Source: Myxococcota bacterium
GTDB taxonomy: Bacteria; Myxococcota_A; UBA9160; SMWR01
Assembly (NCBI GenBank): GCA_035541475.1
Contig: DATKND010000047.1
Span: forward strand, 508 to 64,507
Direction: 5' to 3'
DNA length: 64,000 nt
This document shows, in pieces, positions 34,256 through 43,864 of the stretch; positions within the stretch are counted from its first letter, which is position 1; every line of letters begins with the position of its first letter. A program made the translations under genes and the position numbers. Below the pieces are notes generated by a model that was not told the origin of the DNA, did no database searches, and saw only the letters and a program-made list of their open reading frames with translations.

Positions 34256-35125
34256 ATGGAGTGCGGGCTCTCCCTCCGCGACGCGTACGCCCACTGCGGG
34301 CGCGTCGCGCGCGCGAGCGGATCGAGCTTCCTGGCCGCCTTCTGGCTCTTCCCGCGCGCCGAGCGACAGGCGCTCCACGCGATCTACGCCTTCTGCCGCA
34401 TGGCCGACGACATCGCGGACGACGAGTCGATCCGAGGCGACCGCCTGCTCCTGCTCTCGCGCTGGCACCGCGTCCTCGACGAGGCGTACCTCGGCACGTC
34501 GGATCATCCGGTCGGCATCGCGCTCGGCGACGCGGTCGCGCGCTTCCGGCTCAGCAAGCGCTGGTTCGAGGATCTGCTCGTCGGCGTCGAGATGGATCTC
34601 TACGGCGCGCCGATCGAGCGCTTCGTCGAGCTCGAGCGCTACTGCTACTGCGTCGCCTCGACGATCGGCCTGCTGGTCGTCGGCGTGCGCGGGCTCCACG
34701 GCGACGCGATCCGCGACTACGCGGTCCACATGGGAATCGGCGTGCAGCTGACCAACGTGCTGCGCGACGTCGGCGAGGATGCGGCGCACGGGCGGGTCTA
34801 CCTCGCGCGCGAAGACCTCCTGCGCATGCAGGTGACGGCCGAGAGCCTGCGCGGCGCCGCGCGCAGCGACGCGCACCGGCTGCTCTTCGCCCTCTACGCC
34901 GAGCGCGCTCGCATCCAGTTCGAGCGCGCCGAGGCCGCGCCACTCTCGGCCGACGAGCGCCGCCGGCTCCGCCCGGTCGAGGCGCTCGGCGCGATCTACC
35001 GCGATCTGCTCGACACCTTGCAGGTGCGCGGCTTCCCGTGCCTCGAGCCCTCGCTGCGGCTCTCGCGCGCGCGCCGCATGGCGATCGCCGCGCGCGCCTG
35101 GCTCGCACCCGGAGCCGTCGCGTGA
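34256..35125 (+). CDS. hpnD: Presqualene diphosphate synthase HpnD
   Basis: SGSSFLAAFW, YAFCRMADDIAD, YCYCVASTIG, QLTNVLRDVGED, GRVYL. Confidence 0.9.
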   Translation: MECGLSLRDAYAHCGRVARASGSSFLAAFWLFPRAERQALHAIYAFCRMADDIADDESIRGDRLLLLSRWHRVLDEAYLGTSDHPVGIALGDAVARFRLSKRWFEDLLVGVEMDLYGAPIERFVELERYCYCVASTIGLLVVGVRGLHGDAIRDYAVHMGIGVQLTNVLRDVGEDAAHGRVYLAREDLLRMQVTAESLRGAARSDAHRLLFALYAERARIQFERAEAAPLSADERRRLRPVEALGAIYRDLLDTLQVRGFPCLEPSLRLSRARRMAIAARAWLAPGAVA

Positions 35126-36207
35126 GCGAGATCCACGAGCGGAAGCTCGAGCACCTCGCGCTGTGCGTGCGCGAGGACGTCGAGGGACGCGGCGCGACAC
35201 TGCTGGGCGACGTGCAGCTCCTCCACGAGGCGCTGCCCGACTGCTCGCTCGACGAGGTCGATCCCTCCGTCGAGCTCTTCGGACACACTCTGCGCGCGCC
35301 CATCGTGATCGCGGGCATGACCGGCGGCGCGCCGCGCGCGGGCGAGATCAACCGCGGGCTCGCGGCGGTCGCGCAGAAGGCGGGCCTCGCGATGGGGCTC
35401 GGCTCGCAGCGTGCGCTCTGGAAAGATGCGTCGCTGCTCGACTCGTACCGCGTGCGCGACGTCGCGCCCGACATCCTGCTCTTCGCGAACCTCGGCGCGG
35501 TGCAGGCGCGCGACGCCGGCCCCGCCGCCGTGCTCGACCTGATCGAGGCCGTCGGCGCGGACGCGCTCTGCGTGCATCTGAACGTCGCGCAGGAGCTGGT
35601 GCAGGACGAGGGCGACCGCGACTTCCGCGGCTGCCTCGACGCGATCGCTCATCTCGTCGACGAGCTGCCGGTGCCGGTCGTCGTGAAGGAGACGGGCTGC
35701 GGCTTCTCGCCGGCGACTCTCGCGCGGCTCCGCGCCGCGGGCGTCCGCTGCGTCGACGTGTCGGGCGCCGGCGGGACGTCCTGGACGCGCGTCGAGTCGC
35801 TGCGCGGCTCGCGACGCCAGCGCGAGCTCGGCGAGACCTTGCGCGACTGGGGCGTGCCGACGGCCGCCGCGATCGTCTACGCGCGTCGCGCCGGACTCGA
35901 GGTGCTCGCGTCGGGCGGAGTTCGCGACGCGCTCGACGTCGTGCGCTCGCTCGCGCTCGGCGCGAGCGCTGTCTGCCTGGCACTGCCCTTCCTGCGCGCC
36001 TTCGAGGAGGGCGGCGAGCGGGCCGCGGGCGCGCTCGCCGAGCGACTGTGCGAGGGCGTGCGCGCGCTGCTGCTGCTGATCGGCGCGCGCACGCCGCGCG
36101 CCGCGCGCATCGCGCCGCGCCGCATCGGGCCGACGCTTCGCGGCTGGCTCGAGCTCGACGCGGAGTGCGACGCGACGCGCGCCATGCCGGCCGGGAGCGA
36201 GAGCTAG
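35122..36207 (+). CDS. fni: Type 2 isopentenyl-diphosphate delta-isomerase (FMN-dependent)
   Basis: GTG at 35122; RKLEHL, IAGMTGG, GLGSQR, FANLG, HLNVAQE, VKETGCG, DVSGAGGTSW, ASGGVR. Confidence 0.95.
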   Translation: MSEIHERKLEHLALCVREDVEGRGATLLGDVQLLHEALPDCSLDEVDPSVELFGHTLRAPIVIAGMTGGAPRAGEINRGLAAVAQKAGLAMGLGSQRALWKDASLLDSYRVRDVAPDILLFANLGAVQARDAGPAAVLDLIEAVGADALCVHLNVAQELVQDEGDRDFRGCLDAIAHLVDELPVPVVVKETGCGFSPATLARLRAAGVRCVDVSGAGGTSWTRVESLRGSRRQRELGETLRDWGVPTAAAIVYARRAGLEVLASGGVRDALDVVRSLALGASAVCLALPFLRAFEEGGERAAGALAERLCEGVRALLLLIGARTPRAARIAPRRIGPTLRGWLELDAECDATRAMPAGSES

Positions 36208-36208
36208 G

Positions 36209-36835
36209 ATGGCGAGCGCGATGCCGAAGGAGGCCCCGCCGACGCCGCGCAAGCCGACGCGGCCTCGCAAGGGCGAGACGCAGGAGCGCATCCTGCGCGT
36301 CGCCGTCGAGCTCTTCGCGACGCACGGCTATCAGCGAACCAGCATCTCGGCGATCGCGTCGCGCGCCGAGGTCAGTCGGCCCGCCGTCTTCTGGCACTTC
36401 GGCGACAAGGAGAGCCTCTTCCGCGAGGCCTTCCGGCGCATGCTGCTGCCCTTCTTCGGCGAGCTCCAGCGCAAGCTCGCGCACGTCGACCCGGGCAAGC
36501 GCGTCTTCGAGATCTTCGACGTCTACGAGCGCGTCGTGCAGGAGAACCGCGAGACGATCCTCGCGATCGTGCGCTGGTTCCTCGAGTCGGAGGCGCTGCG
36601 CGCGTCGCTGCGCGCGACGCTCTTCGCCCTGCACGACGAGCTGATGCGCGACTTCCGCGCCGCCTTCGAGGAGCTCGCGCTCGACGCGCAGGAGGCCGAC
36701 GTCCTCTCCGCGGCCGTGCTCTCGATGCTCGACGGGAACCTCTTGCTCTCGCTGCTCGACCCCGATCCGCGGAAGCACGAGCGCCGGCGCGCGGGACTCC
36801 GGCGCTTCACCGAGCGTGCGCTGCGTGACCGCTGA
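36209..36835 (+). CDS. TetR/AcrR-family regulator
   Basis: ILRVAVELFATHGYQRTSISAIASRAEVSRPAVFWHFGDKESLF. Confidence 0.93.
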   Translation: MASAMPKEAPPTPRKPTRPRKGETQERILRVAVELFATHGYQRTSISAIASRAEVSRPAVFWHFGDKESLFREAFRRMLLPFFGELQRKLAHVDPGKRVFEIFDVYERVVQENRETILAIVRWFLESEALRASLRATLFALHDELMRDFRAAFEELALDAQEADVLSAAVLSMLDGNLLLSLLDPDPRKHERRRAGLRRFTERALRDR

Positions 36836-37685
36836 GGCCTGGCTCGACTCCGCGCCGGAGCTCGCGCCCGCCCGCATCCTGGCGCGTGCGGCGGGCGAGA
36901 ACTTCGCGGTGGCGCCGCGCTTCCTGCCGCGCCGCGTGCGCGAGCCGCTGGAGGCACTCTACGGCTTCGCGCGCCTCGTGGACGAGATCGGCGACGCGGC
37001 ACCGGGCGATCGCGGCGCGCTGCTCGACGCGCTCGAGCAGGATCTCCTGCGCGCGTGGAGGGGTCGCGCGCGCCATCCGCTGCTGCGGCGCCTCTCGCCC
37101 TGGATCGAGTCGTGCGAGCTGCCGCACGAGCCCTTCCTCCGCCTGATCGAGGCCAATCGCTGGGACCAGCGCTTGCGCCAGATCGCCTCGTGGGAGGAGC
37201 TGCTGGCGTACTGCTCGCTCTCCGCGAACCCCGTCGGCGAGCTCGTGCTCCAGATCTTCGGCGCGGCGACGCCCGAGCGCGTCGGCCTCTCGAACTCCGT
37301 GTGCAGCGCGCTCCAGGTGATCGAGCACTGTCAGGACGTCGCCGAGGACCGCGCGCGCGGCCGCGTCTATCTCCCGGCGGAGGACCTCGCCGACGCGGGC
37401 TGCGGCGAGAGCGACCTCGCGAATCCGCGCTCGCCCGCGCTGCGGCGCGTGATCGGAGTGCAGCTCGCGCGCGCGCGCCGACTGCTCGAGCGCGGCACGC
37501 CGCTCGTGGCGCAGCTCCCGGGCTTCGCGCGCTTCGCCGTAGCGGGCTACGTGGCGGGCGGCCTCGCGGCCTGCGAGGCGCTCGTGCGCGCCGGCTGCGA
37601 CGCGAGCGCGCCCGGCGCGCTCGGCACGAAGCGCGCAGCGCTCCGCCACGGTGTACGGCTCGTCTTCTCCGGAGCGCGCGCTTGA
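36825..37685 (+). CDS. hpnC: Hydroxysqualene synthase HpnC
   Basis: ENFAVA, YGFARLVDEIGD, YCSLSANPVGELVL, LQVIEHCQDVAED, GRVYLP. Confidence 0.92.
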   Translation: MTAEAWLDSAPELAPARILARAAGENFAVAPRFLPRRVREPLEALYGFARLVDEIGDAAPGDRGALLDALEQDLLRAWRGRARHPLLRRLSPWIESCELPHEPFLRLIEANRWDQRLRQIASWEELLAYCSLSANPVGELVLQIFGAATPERVGLSNSVCSALQVIEHCQDVAEDRARGRVYLPAEDLADAGCGESDLANPRSPALRRVIGVQLARARRLLERGTPLVAQLPGFARFAVAGYVAGGLAACEALVRAGCDASAPGALGTKRAALRHGVRLVFSGARA

Positions 37686-39031
37686 GCGCGCCGCACATCG
37701 TGGTGGTCGGCGGTGGGCTTGCGGGGCTCGCAGCCGCGCTGGAGTGCGCCGACGCCGGCGCGCGCGTGTCGCTCTTCGAGGCGCGACCTCGCCTCGGCGG
37801 CGCGACGTGGTCGACCTCGCACCGCGGACTCGAGGTCGACAACGGGCAGCACGTCTTCCTGCGCTGCTGCGACGCATATCTCGGCCTCCTCGATCGCCTC
37901 GGCGTGCACGACCGCGTCACCTTGCAGGATCGCCTCGCGGTCCCGGTCGCGAGCCCGGGGCGTCCACTCGCGTGGATCCGTCGCGGTGCGCTGCCGGCTC
38001 CCGCGCACCTCGCGCGCAGCCTACTCGGCTTCCATCCCCTGCCCTTCGCCGCGCGCGTGCGCGCCGCGCTCTCGGCGCGCCGCATCGCGACGCTCGACCC
38101 GGACGATCCGGCGCTCGACAGGGTCTCGCTCGGCGACTGGCTCCAGCTGCGCGGCGAGAGCGACGCCGCCATCGACGGGCTCTGGGATCTGTTGGTGCGC
38201 GCGACCTTGAATCAACCGGCACGCGAGGCGTCGCTCGCGCTCGCGGTGAAGGTGCTGCGCACCGGCTTCCTCGACCGCGCCGACGCGGCGGACGTCGGCT
38301 GGTCGCGCGTGCCGCTCTCTCGCCTCCACGCGGAGCCGGCCGAGGCGGCGCTGCGACGGGCGGGCGCCGCGCTGCACCTGCGGGCGTCGGTCGATGCGCT
38401 CGAGTGTCGCGCTGGACAGTCGCCGCTGCTGCGGATCCGCGGAGCCGCGCTCGAGCCCGACGCGGTGATCCTCGCCTGCGACCACGAGTCGGCCGCGCGT
38501 CTGCTGCCCGGGTCCGCGGGCGTCGACACGGTTGCGCTGCGCGCGCTCGGCCGCTCGCCGATCGTGAACCTCCACGTCGTGCTCGATCGCCGCGTGCTCG
38601 AGCTGCCCTTCGTCGCGGGCTTCGGCACACCGCTCCAGTGGATGTTCGATCGGACGCAGGCGTCCGGTGTGGAGCGCGGTCAGGTGCTCGCGATCTCGCT
38701 CTCCGGCGCGGACGCCTGGCTCGGGCGCTCGAACGCGGAGCTGCGCGACGTGTTCCTGCCGGCGCTCGCGGCGCTGCTGCCGGCGGCGCGCGAGGCGCGC
38801 GTCCTCGACTTCTTCACCACGCGCGAGCCCGCGGCCACCTTCCGCCAGGCGCCCGGCACGCGCGCGCTGCGTCCGCCGTCGCGCACGTCCGCGCCGGGTC
38901 TCTTCCTCGCCGGCGCGTGGACCGCCACAGGCTGGCCCGCGACGATGGAAGGCGCCGTCCGCAGCGGTCGCGCCGCGGCCGAAGCAGCGCTCGCGGACCT
39001 GCGCGTCTCGCGGGCCCGCGAGGCCGCGTGA
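37682..39031 (+). CDS. hpnE: Hydroxysqualene dehydroxylase HpnE
   Basis: TTG at 37682; VVVGGGLAGLAAA, VDNGQHVFL, SPIVNLHV, FLAGAWT.TGWPATMEGAVRSG. Confidence 0.93.
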   Translation: MSAPHIVVVGGGLAGLAAALECADAGARVSLFEARPRLGGATWSTSHRGLEVDNGQHVFLRCCDAYLGLLDRLGVHDRVTLQDRLAVPVASPGRPLAWIRRGALPAPAHLARSLLGFHPLPFAARVRAALSARRIATLDPDDPALDRVSLGDWLQLRGESDAAIDGLWDLLVRATLNQPAREASLALAVKVLRTGFLDRADAADVGWSRVPLSRLHAEPAEAALRRAGAALHLRASVDALECRAGQSPLLRIRGAALEPDAVILACDHESAARLLPGSAGVDTVALRALGRSPIVNLHVVLDRRVLELPFVAGFGTPLQWMFDRTQASGVERGQVLAISLSGADAWLGRSNAELRDVFLPALAALLPAAREARVLDFFTTREPAATFRQAPGTRALRPPSRTSAPGLFLAGAWTATGWPATMEGAVRSGRAAAEAALADLRVSRAREAA

Positions 39032-40914
39032 TGCCGGGCCGCGATCTCGAAGCCACTGCGCGCGCCGCGCTCGAGCGCGGCTGCGAGCAGCTCCTCTCGC
39101 GCCAGCACCCGCGCGGCTACTGGAAGGCCGAACTCGAGACCAACGTCACGATGGACGCCGAGGATCTGCTGATGCGCGAGTTCCTCGGCATCCGCGGCGA
39201 GGAGGAGACCGCCCTCGCCGCGAACTGGATCCGGCAGCAGCAGCAGCCGGACGGCGGCTTCGCGAACTACCACGGCGGGCCCTCGAACCTCTCGACCACG
39301 ATCGAGGCCTACGCAGCCTTGCGTCTGGCCGGCGACCCGCCCGAGGCCGAGCCCATGAAGCGCGCGCGCGAGCTCGTGCTGGGGCTCGGCGGCATCGAGA
39401 GCTCGCGCGTCTTCACGCGCATCTGGCTCGCGCTCTTCGGCGAGCACCGCTGGAAGGATCTCCCCGCGCTACCGCCGGAGGTGATCCTGCTGCCGGCGTG
39501 GTTCCCACTCAACGTATACGACTTCGCCTGCTGGGCGCGGCAGACGATCGTGCCGCTGACGGTGGTGGCGTCGCACCGGCCCGCGCGACCGCTGCCCTTC
39601 TCGCTCTCGGAGCTCCGCACGGGTCTCCCGCCCGCGCCGCGCGCGCTCTCGCCCTGGGGCCGGCGCTTCCAGCAGCTCGACCGCGCACTCCACACCTACG
39701 AGCGTCGGCCGCTCGCACCGCTTCGCCGCCTCGCGATCTCGACGGCGCTCGAGTGGATCGTGCGCCGCCAGGAGTCCGACGGCTCGTGGGGCGGAATCCA
39801 GCCGCCGTGGGTGTACTCGATGCTCGCGCTCCACCTTTCCGGCTATCCGATGGATCACCCCGTCATGGCGCGCGGGCTGGCGGGTCTCGAGCGCTTCCTG
39901 ATCGTCGAGGGCGATTTCCGCCGGCTCGAGGCCTGTCAATCGCCGGTGTGGGACACGGCGCTCGCGATGATCGCGCTGCGCGACGCGGGCCTCGCGCCGG
40001 AGCACACGGCGATGGCGCGCGGGGCACAGTGGCTGCTGCGCGAGGAGATCCGCGTGCCGGGAGACTGGGCCGTGCGGCGCCCTCGCCTCGAGCCGTCGGG
40101 CTGGGCTTTCGAATTCGACAACGACCACTACCCCGACATCGACGACACCGCGGAGGTGATCCTCGCGCTGCGCGCCGCACGCGCCGAGGATCCCGAGGCG
40201 CAGGCCGCCGCGATCGCGCGCGCGACGCGCTGGACCGAGGGCATGCAGTGTCGCGACGGCGGCTTCGCCGCGTTCGACGCCGACAATACGCGGGCGCTCT
40301 GCCGCGAGCTCCCCTTCTGCGACTTCGGCGAGGTGATCGACCCGCCCTCGGCCGACGTCACGGCCCACGTGCTCGAGACGCTCGCGCTCGAGGGACGCGC
40401 CGACACGCCCGCGGCTCGGCGCGCGCTCCGCTGGCTGCTGCAGGCGCAGGATCCGCGCGGCTCGTGGTTCGGCCGCTGGGGCGCGAACCATCTCTACGGG
40501 ACCGGCGCGGCCGTGCCCGCGCTCGTCGCGGCGGGCCTGCCGGCGGAGCACCCGGCGATCCGGCACGCCGTCCGCTGGCTCGCGTCGGTCCAGAACGAGG
40601 ACGGCGGCTTCGGCGAGGATCTCCGCTCCTACGACGCGGGCGGCGAGCCCGGCCTCGGCGCCCCGACGCCCTCGCAGACCGCATGGGCGCTGCTCGCCCT
40701 GCTCGCCGCCGGCGAGCGCGGCGATCCGACACAGAGAGCGGTCGCGTGGCTCTGCCGCGCACAGCGCGCCGACGGCGACTGGGACGAGCCGCACTTCACA
40801 GGAACCGGCTTCCCGGGCGACTTCTACATCCGGTACCACCTCTACCGGCTCTCCTTCCCGTTGATGGCGCTCGGCCGCTTCGTGCGCGCTCCCGAGCCGG
40901 CCCCGAGGAGCTGA
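39031..40914 (+). CDS. shc: Squalene-hopene cyclase
   Basis: QQPDGG and QESDGSWGG QW motifs, GIQPPWVYS, catalytic YPDIDDTA, GRWGANHLYGT, FTGTGFPGDFY.RYHLY. Confidence 0.97.
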   Translation: MPGRDLEATARAALERGCEQLLSRQHPRGYWKAELETNVTMDAEDLLMREFLGIRGEEETALAANWIRQQQQPDGGFANYHGGPSNLSTTIEAYAALRLAGDPPEAEPMKRARELVLGLGGIESSRVFTRIWLALFGEHRWKDLPALPPEVILLPAWFPLNVYDFACWARQTIVPLTVVASHRPARPLPFSLSELRTGLPPAPRALSPWGRRFQQLDRALHTYERRPLAPLRRLAISTALEWIVRRQESDGSWGGIQPPWVYSMLALHLSGYPMDHPVMARGLAGLERFLIVEGDFRRLEACQSPVWDTALAMIALRDAGLAPEHTAMARGAQWLLREEIRVPGDWAVRRPRLEPSGWAFEFDNDHYPDIDDTAEVILALRAARAEDPEAQAAAIARATRWTEGMQCRDGGFAAFDADNTRALCRELPFCDFGEVIDPPSADVTAHVLETLALEGRADTPAARRALRWLLQAQDPRGSWFGRWGANHLYGTGAAVPALVAAGLPAEHPAIRHAVRWLASVQNEDGGFGEDLRSYDAGGEPGLGAPTPSQTAWALLALLAAGERGDPTQRAVAWLCRAQRADGDWDEPHFTGTGFPGDFYIRYHLYRLSFPLMALGRFVRAPEPAPRS

Positions 40915-40917
40915 CGC

Positions 40918-42264
40918 ATGGGCGTCCCGATCTCGCAGATGTGGACCGTCGCGACCTATCTCGCCAAGCAGAAGCTCCGCGGCGAGCGGCGCTTCCCCTT
41001 CGTGCTGATGATCGAGCCGCTCTACCGCTGCAACCTCGCCTGCGCGGGCTGCGGAAAGATCCAGTACCCGGCGCGGATCCTGAAGCGGCAGCTCTCGGTC
41101 GAGGAGTGCCTGCGCGCGGTCGACGAGTGCCCCGCGCCGGTCGTCGTGCTGCCGGGCGGCGAGCCGCTGCTCCACCCGCAGATCGACCGGATCGCCGCGG
41201 GCATCGTCGCGAAACGGAAGTACCTCTACCTCTGCACCAACGCGCTGCTGCTCGAGCCAAAGCTCGACCTCTTCAGGCCGAGCCGGTATCTCTCGTTCAG
41301 CGTGCACCTCGACGGCGACCGCGAGATGCACGACCACGCCGTGTGTCGCGACGGCGTGTACGACCGGGCGGTCGCGGCGATCCGCGCGGCGCTCGACCGC
41401 GGCTTCCGCGTGACCACCAACACGACGCTCTTCGAGGGCGCCGACCCCGATCGCACCGCGCGCTTCTTCGATACGGCGATGGCGCTCGGCGTCGAGGGCA
41501 TGATGGTGTCGCCCGGCTACTCCTACGCCGCCGCGCCCGATCAGGAGCACTTCCTCGCGAAGGCGCGCACGCGCGAGTTCTTCCGGCGAGTGTTCGCGCG
41601 GCCCGGCACGCGACGCTGGCGCTTCAACCAGTCGCCGCTCTTCCTCGAGTTCCTCACCGGCGCGCGCGACTACGACTGCACGCCCTGGGGCATCCCGACC
41701 TACTCGATCTTCGGCTGGCAGCGGCCCTGCTACCTGCTGCAAGAAGGCTATGCGGCGAGCTTCCGCGAGCTGATCGGGTCGACGCGATGGGACGACTACG
41801 GACCGCAGAGCGGCAACCCGAAGTGCCGGGACTGCATGGTCCACAGCGGCTTCGAGGCGAGCGCCGTGATCGACGCCTTCTCGTCGCCGCGCGGCATGCT
41901 CGCGATGGTGCGCGCGCTGCTCTTCGGCCCGCGAGCGCCCCGACCTTCGGCCGAGCCGCTCGCGCCGGCTCCCGCTTCCTCCGCGGCCGAGGAGCTGCCG
42001 CAGCGAGGCCTCGAGCTCGAGGCCTCGCCCGCGGCGCTCCGCAGCGCGTTCGCCTACCGTGGCGACGTGACGCTCACGCTCGACGACGGCAGCGCGCTCG
42101 AGGGCTACGTCGCCGACCCCGGCCCGGAGCGCGTGCGCGTGTGGCCGCGCGACGGCGGACCGGAGCGCGTGGTCGACGCGGCGCGCGTGCGGCGCGTCGC
42201 GCTCTCGGGCCGCGATCCGGCCGCGAGCTCGCACGCGCAGTCCGCCGCGCCGTCGCTGGCGTGA
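40918..42264 (+). CDS. hpnH: Adenosyl-hopene transferase HpnH (radical SAM) with an extra C-terminal domain
   Basis: LMIEPLYRCNLACAGCGKI, GGEPLLHP, SPGYSY, CTPWGIPT, PCYLL, NPKCRDCMVHSGFEAS. Confidence 0.95.
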   Translation: MGVPISQMWTVATYLAKQKLRGERRFPFVLMIEPLYRCNLACAGCGKIQYPARILKRQLSVEECLRAVDECPAPVVVLPGGEPLLHPQIDRIAAGIVAKRKYLYLCTNALLLEPKLDLFRPSRYLSFSVHLDGDREMHDHAVCRDGVYDRAVAAIRAALDRGFRVTTNTTLFEGADPDRTARFFDTAMALGVEGMMVSPGYSYAAAPDQEHFLAKARTREFFRRVFARPGTRRWRFNQSPLFLEFLTGARDYDCTPWGIPTYSIFGWQRPCYLLQEGYAASFRELIGSTRWDDYGPQSGNPKCRDCMVHSGFEASAVIDAFSSPRGMLAMVRALLFGPRAPRPSAEPLAPAPASSAAEELPQRGLELEASPAALRSAFAYRGDVTLTLDDGSALEGYVADPGPERVRVWPRDGGPERVVDAARVRRVALSGRDPAASSHAQSAAPSLA

Positions 42265-42301
42265 GCGAGCGGGGGCGAGGCAGTGGCCCCCGAGGAGGAA
42301 C

Positions 42302-43864
42302 ATGCCGCCGCAGGGGGTCATCTGCCTCGCCCCCAAGTTCGAAGCGCCCCGAGCCGCCCCGAGCTGGTGGCTCACGCGCTTCGCGATCCTGCGCCTGCTC
42401 GGCGCCGTCTACGCAGTCGCCTTCCTGGCAGCCGCGCTCCAGCTCGTCCCGCTGATCGGCGAGCACGGACTGCTGCCGCTCGGGACCTTCCTCGCGCGCG
42501 TGCGCGAGCACACCGGCTCACCCGCGTCGGCGTTCGCGGCGGTGCCGAGCCTCTTCTGGCTCTGGCACTCGGATCTCGCGCTGCGCGCGGTCGCCTGGAC
42601 GGGCTTCACCCTGGCCTGCGTCACCGCCGCGGGCTTCGCCAACGCGCTCTCGATGGCGCTCCTCTGGCTGCTCTACTCCTCGATCGTCCACGCGGGACAG
42701 GAGTGGTACGGCTACGGCTGGGAGATCCAGCTCCTCGAGACCGGCTTCCTCGCGATCTTCCTGTGCCCGCTGCTCGACGCGCGCCCGTTCCCGCGCCGTC
42801 CGCCGCCCGTCGTCGTTCTATTCCTCTTCCGTTGGCTCATCTTTCGCATCATGCTAGGCGCCGGGCTGATCAAGCTGCGCGGCGATCCGGCGTGGCGCGA
42901 CCTGACCGCGCTCTTCTACCACTTCGAGACGCAACCGCTGCCGAATCCGCTCTCGCGCGGCTTCCACTTCCTGCCGAAGGCGATCCTGCGGACCGGCGTC
43001 GCCTTCAACCACGTGGCCGAGCTGGTCGCGCCGTGGCTCGCGCTCGGACCGCGCGTCTTCCGCCGCGTCGGCGGCGCGCTGATCGTCGCATTCCAGAGCG
43101 TCCTGATCCTCTCCGGCAATCTCTCGTTCCTCAACTGGCTGACGATCGTGCCAGCGCTCGCCTGCTTCGACGACGCCGTCTGGTCGCGCATCCTGCCGCG
43201 CGCACTGGTCGCGCGCGCGGAGCGCGCGGGCGCGAGCGCCGTGCCGAGCGTCGCGATGACGCGCCTCTCGTGGGCGCTCGCCGCGCTGGTCGCGCTCCTC
43301 AGCATCGGCCCCGTGCTGAACATGGCGTCGTCGCGACAGATCATGAACACGTCCTTCGATCCGCTCGCGATCGTCAATACCTACGGCGCCTTCGGCACGG
43401 TCGGCCGCGAGCGCCTGACCGTGGTCTTCGAGGGCACCGACGCGGAGACCGCAGACGACACGGCCGTGTGGGAGCCCTACCTCTACGTCGCGCAGCCCGT
43501 CGACGTCGCGCGGCGGCCGAGACAGATCGCGCCCTACCAGCCGCGTCTCGACTGGGCGATGTGGTTCGCCGCGATGGGATCGCCCTCGCAGTACCCGTGG
43601 ACGCTCCACGTCGTGTGGAAGCTCCTGCACGGCGATCCGGGGATGCTGTCGCTCTTCGGTGACGACCCCTTCCCGGACCATCCGCCGCGCTTCGTGCGTG
43701 CGACGCTCTACCGCTACGCCTTCGCGCCGCCCGGCAACGCGGACGGCGTCATCTGGACGCGCGAGGCGCTCGGCCCCTGGCTGCCGCCGCTCTCGCAGGA
43801 CGACCCGCGCCTCGTGGGATTCCTCAGCGAGGAGGGCTGGCTGGACGAAGCGCCGCCCGAGTAG
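42302..43864 (+). CDS. Lipase maturation factor (LMF1) family membrane protein
   Basis: YGWEIQLLETGFL, FRIMLGAGLIKLRGD..WRDLTAL.YHFETQPLPNP, GNLSFLNWL, NTYGAFG, PYQPRLDW.MWFAA. Confidence 0.92.
   Translation: MPPQGVICLAPKFEAPRAAPSWWLTRFAILRLLGAVYAVAFLAAALQLVPLIGEHGLLPLGTFLARVREHTGSPASAFAAVPSLFWLWHSDLALRAVAWTGFTLACVTAAGFANALSMALLWLLYSSIVHAGQEWYGYGWEIQLLETGFLAIFLCPLLDARPFPRRPPPVVVLFLFRWLIFRIMLGAGLIKLRGDPAWRDLTALFYHFETQPLPNPLSRGFHFLPKAILRTGVAFNHVAELVAPWLALGPRVFRRVGGALIVAFQSVLILSGNLSFLNWLTIVPALACFDDAVWSRILPRALVARAERAGASAVPSVAMTRLSWALAALVALLSIGPVLNMASSRQIMNTSFDPLAIVNTYGAFGTVGRERLTVVFEGTDAETADDTAVWEPYLYVAQPVDVARRPRQIAPYQPRLDWAMWFAAMGSPSQYPWTLHVVWKLLHGDPGMLSLFGDDPFPDHPPRFVRATLYRYAFAPPGNADGVIWTREALGPWLPPLSQDDPRLVGFLSEEGWLDEAPPE

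Noticed and set aside
37651-42455. Very long ORFs of 1087, 1262 and 968 aa suggesting giant fusions
   Set aside because: The 1087-aa ORF is Shc (from 39031) with a stop-free Arg-rich upstream frame overlapping hpnE; the other two are alternative-frame or antisense shadows.
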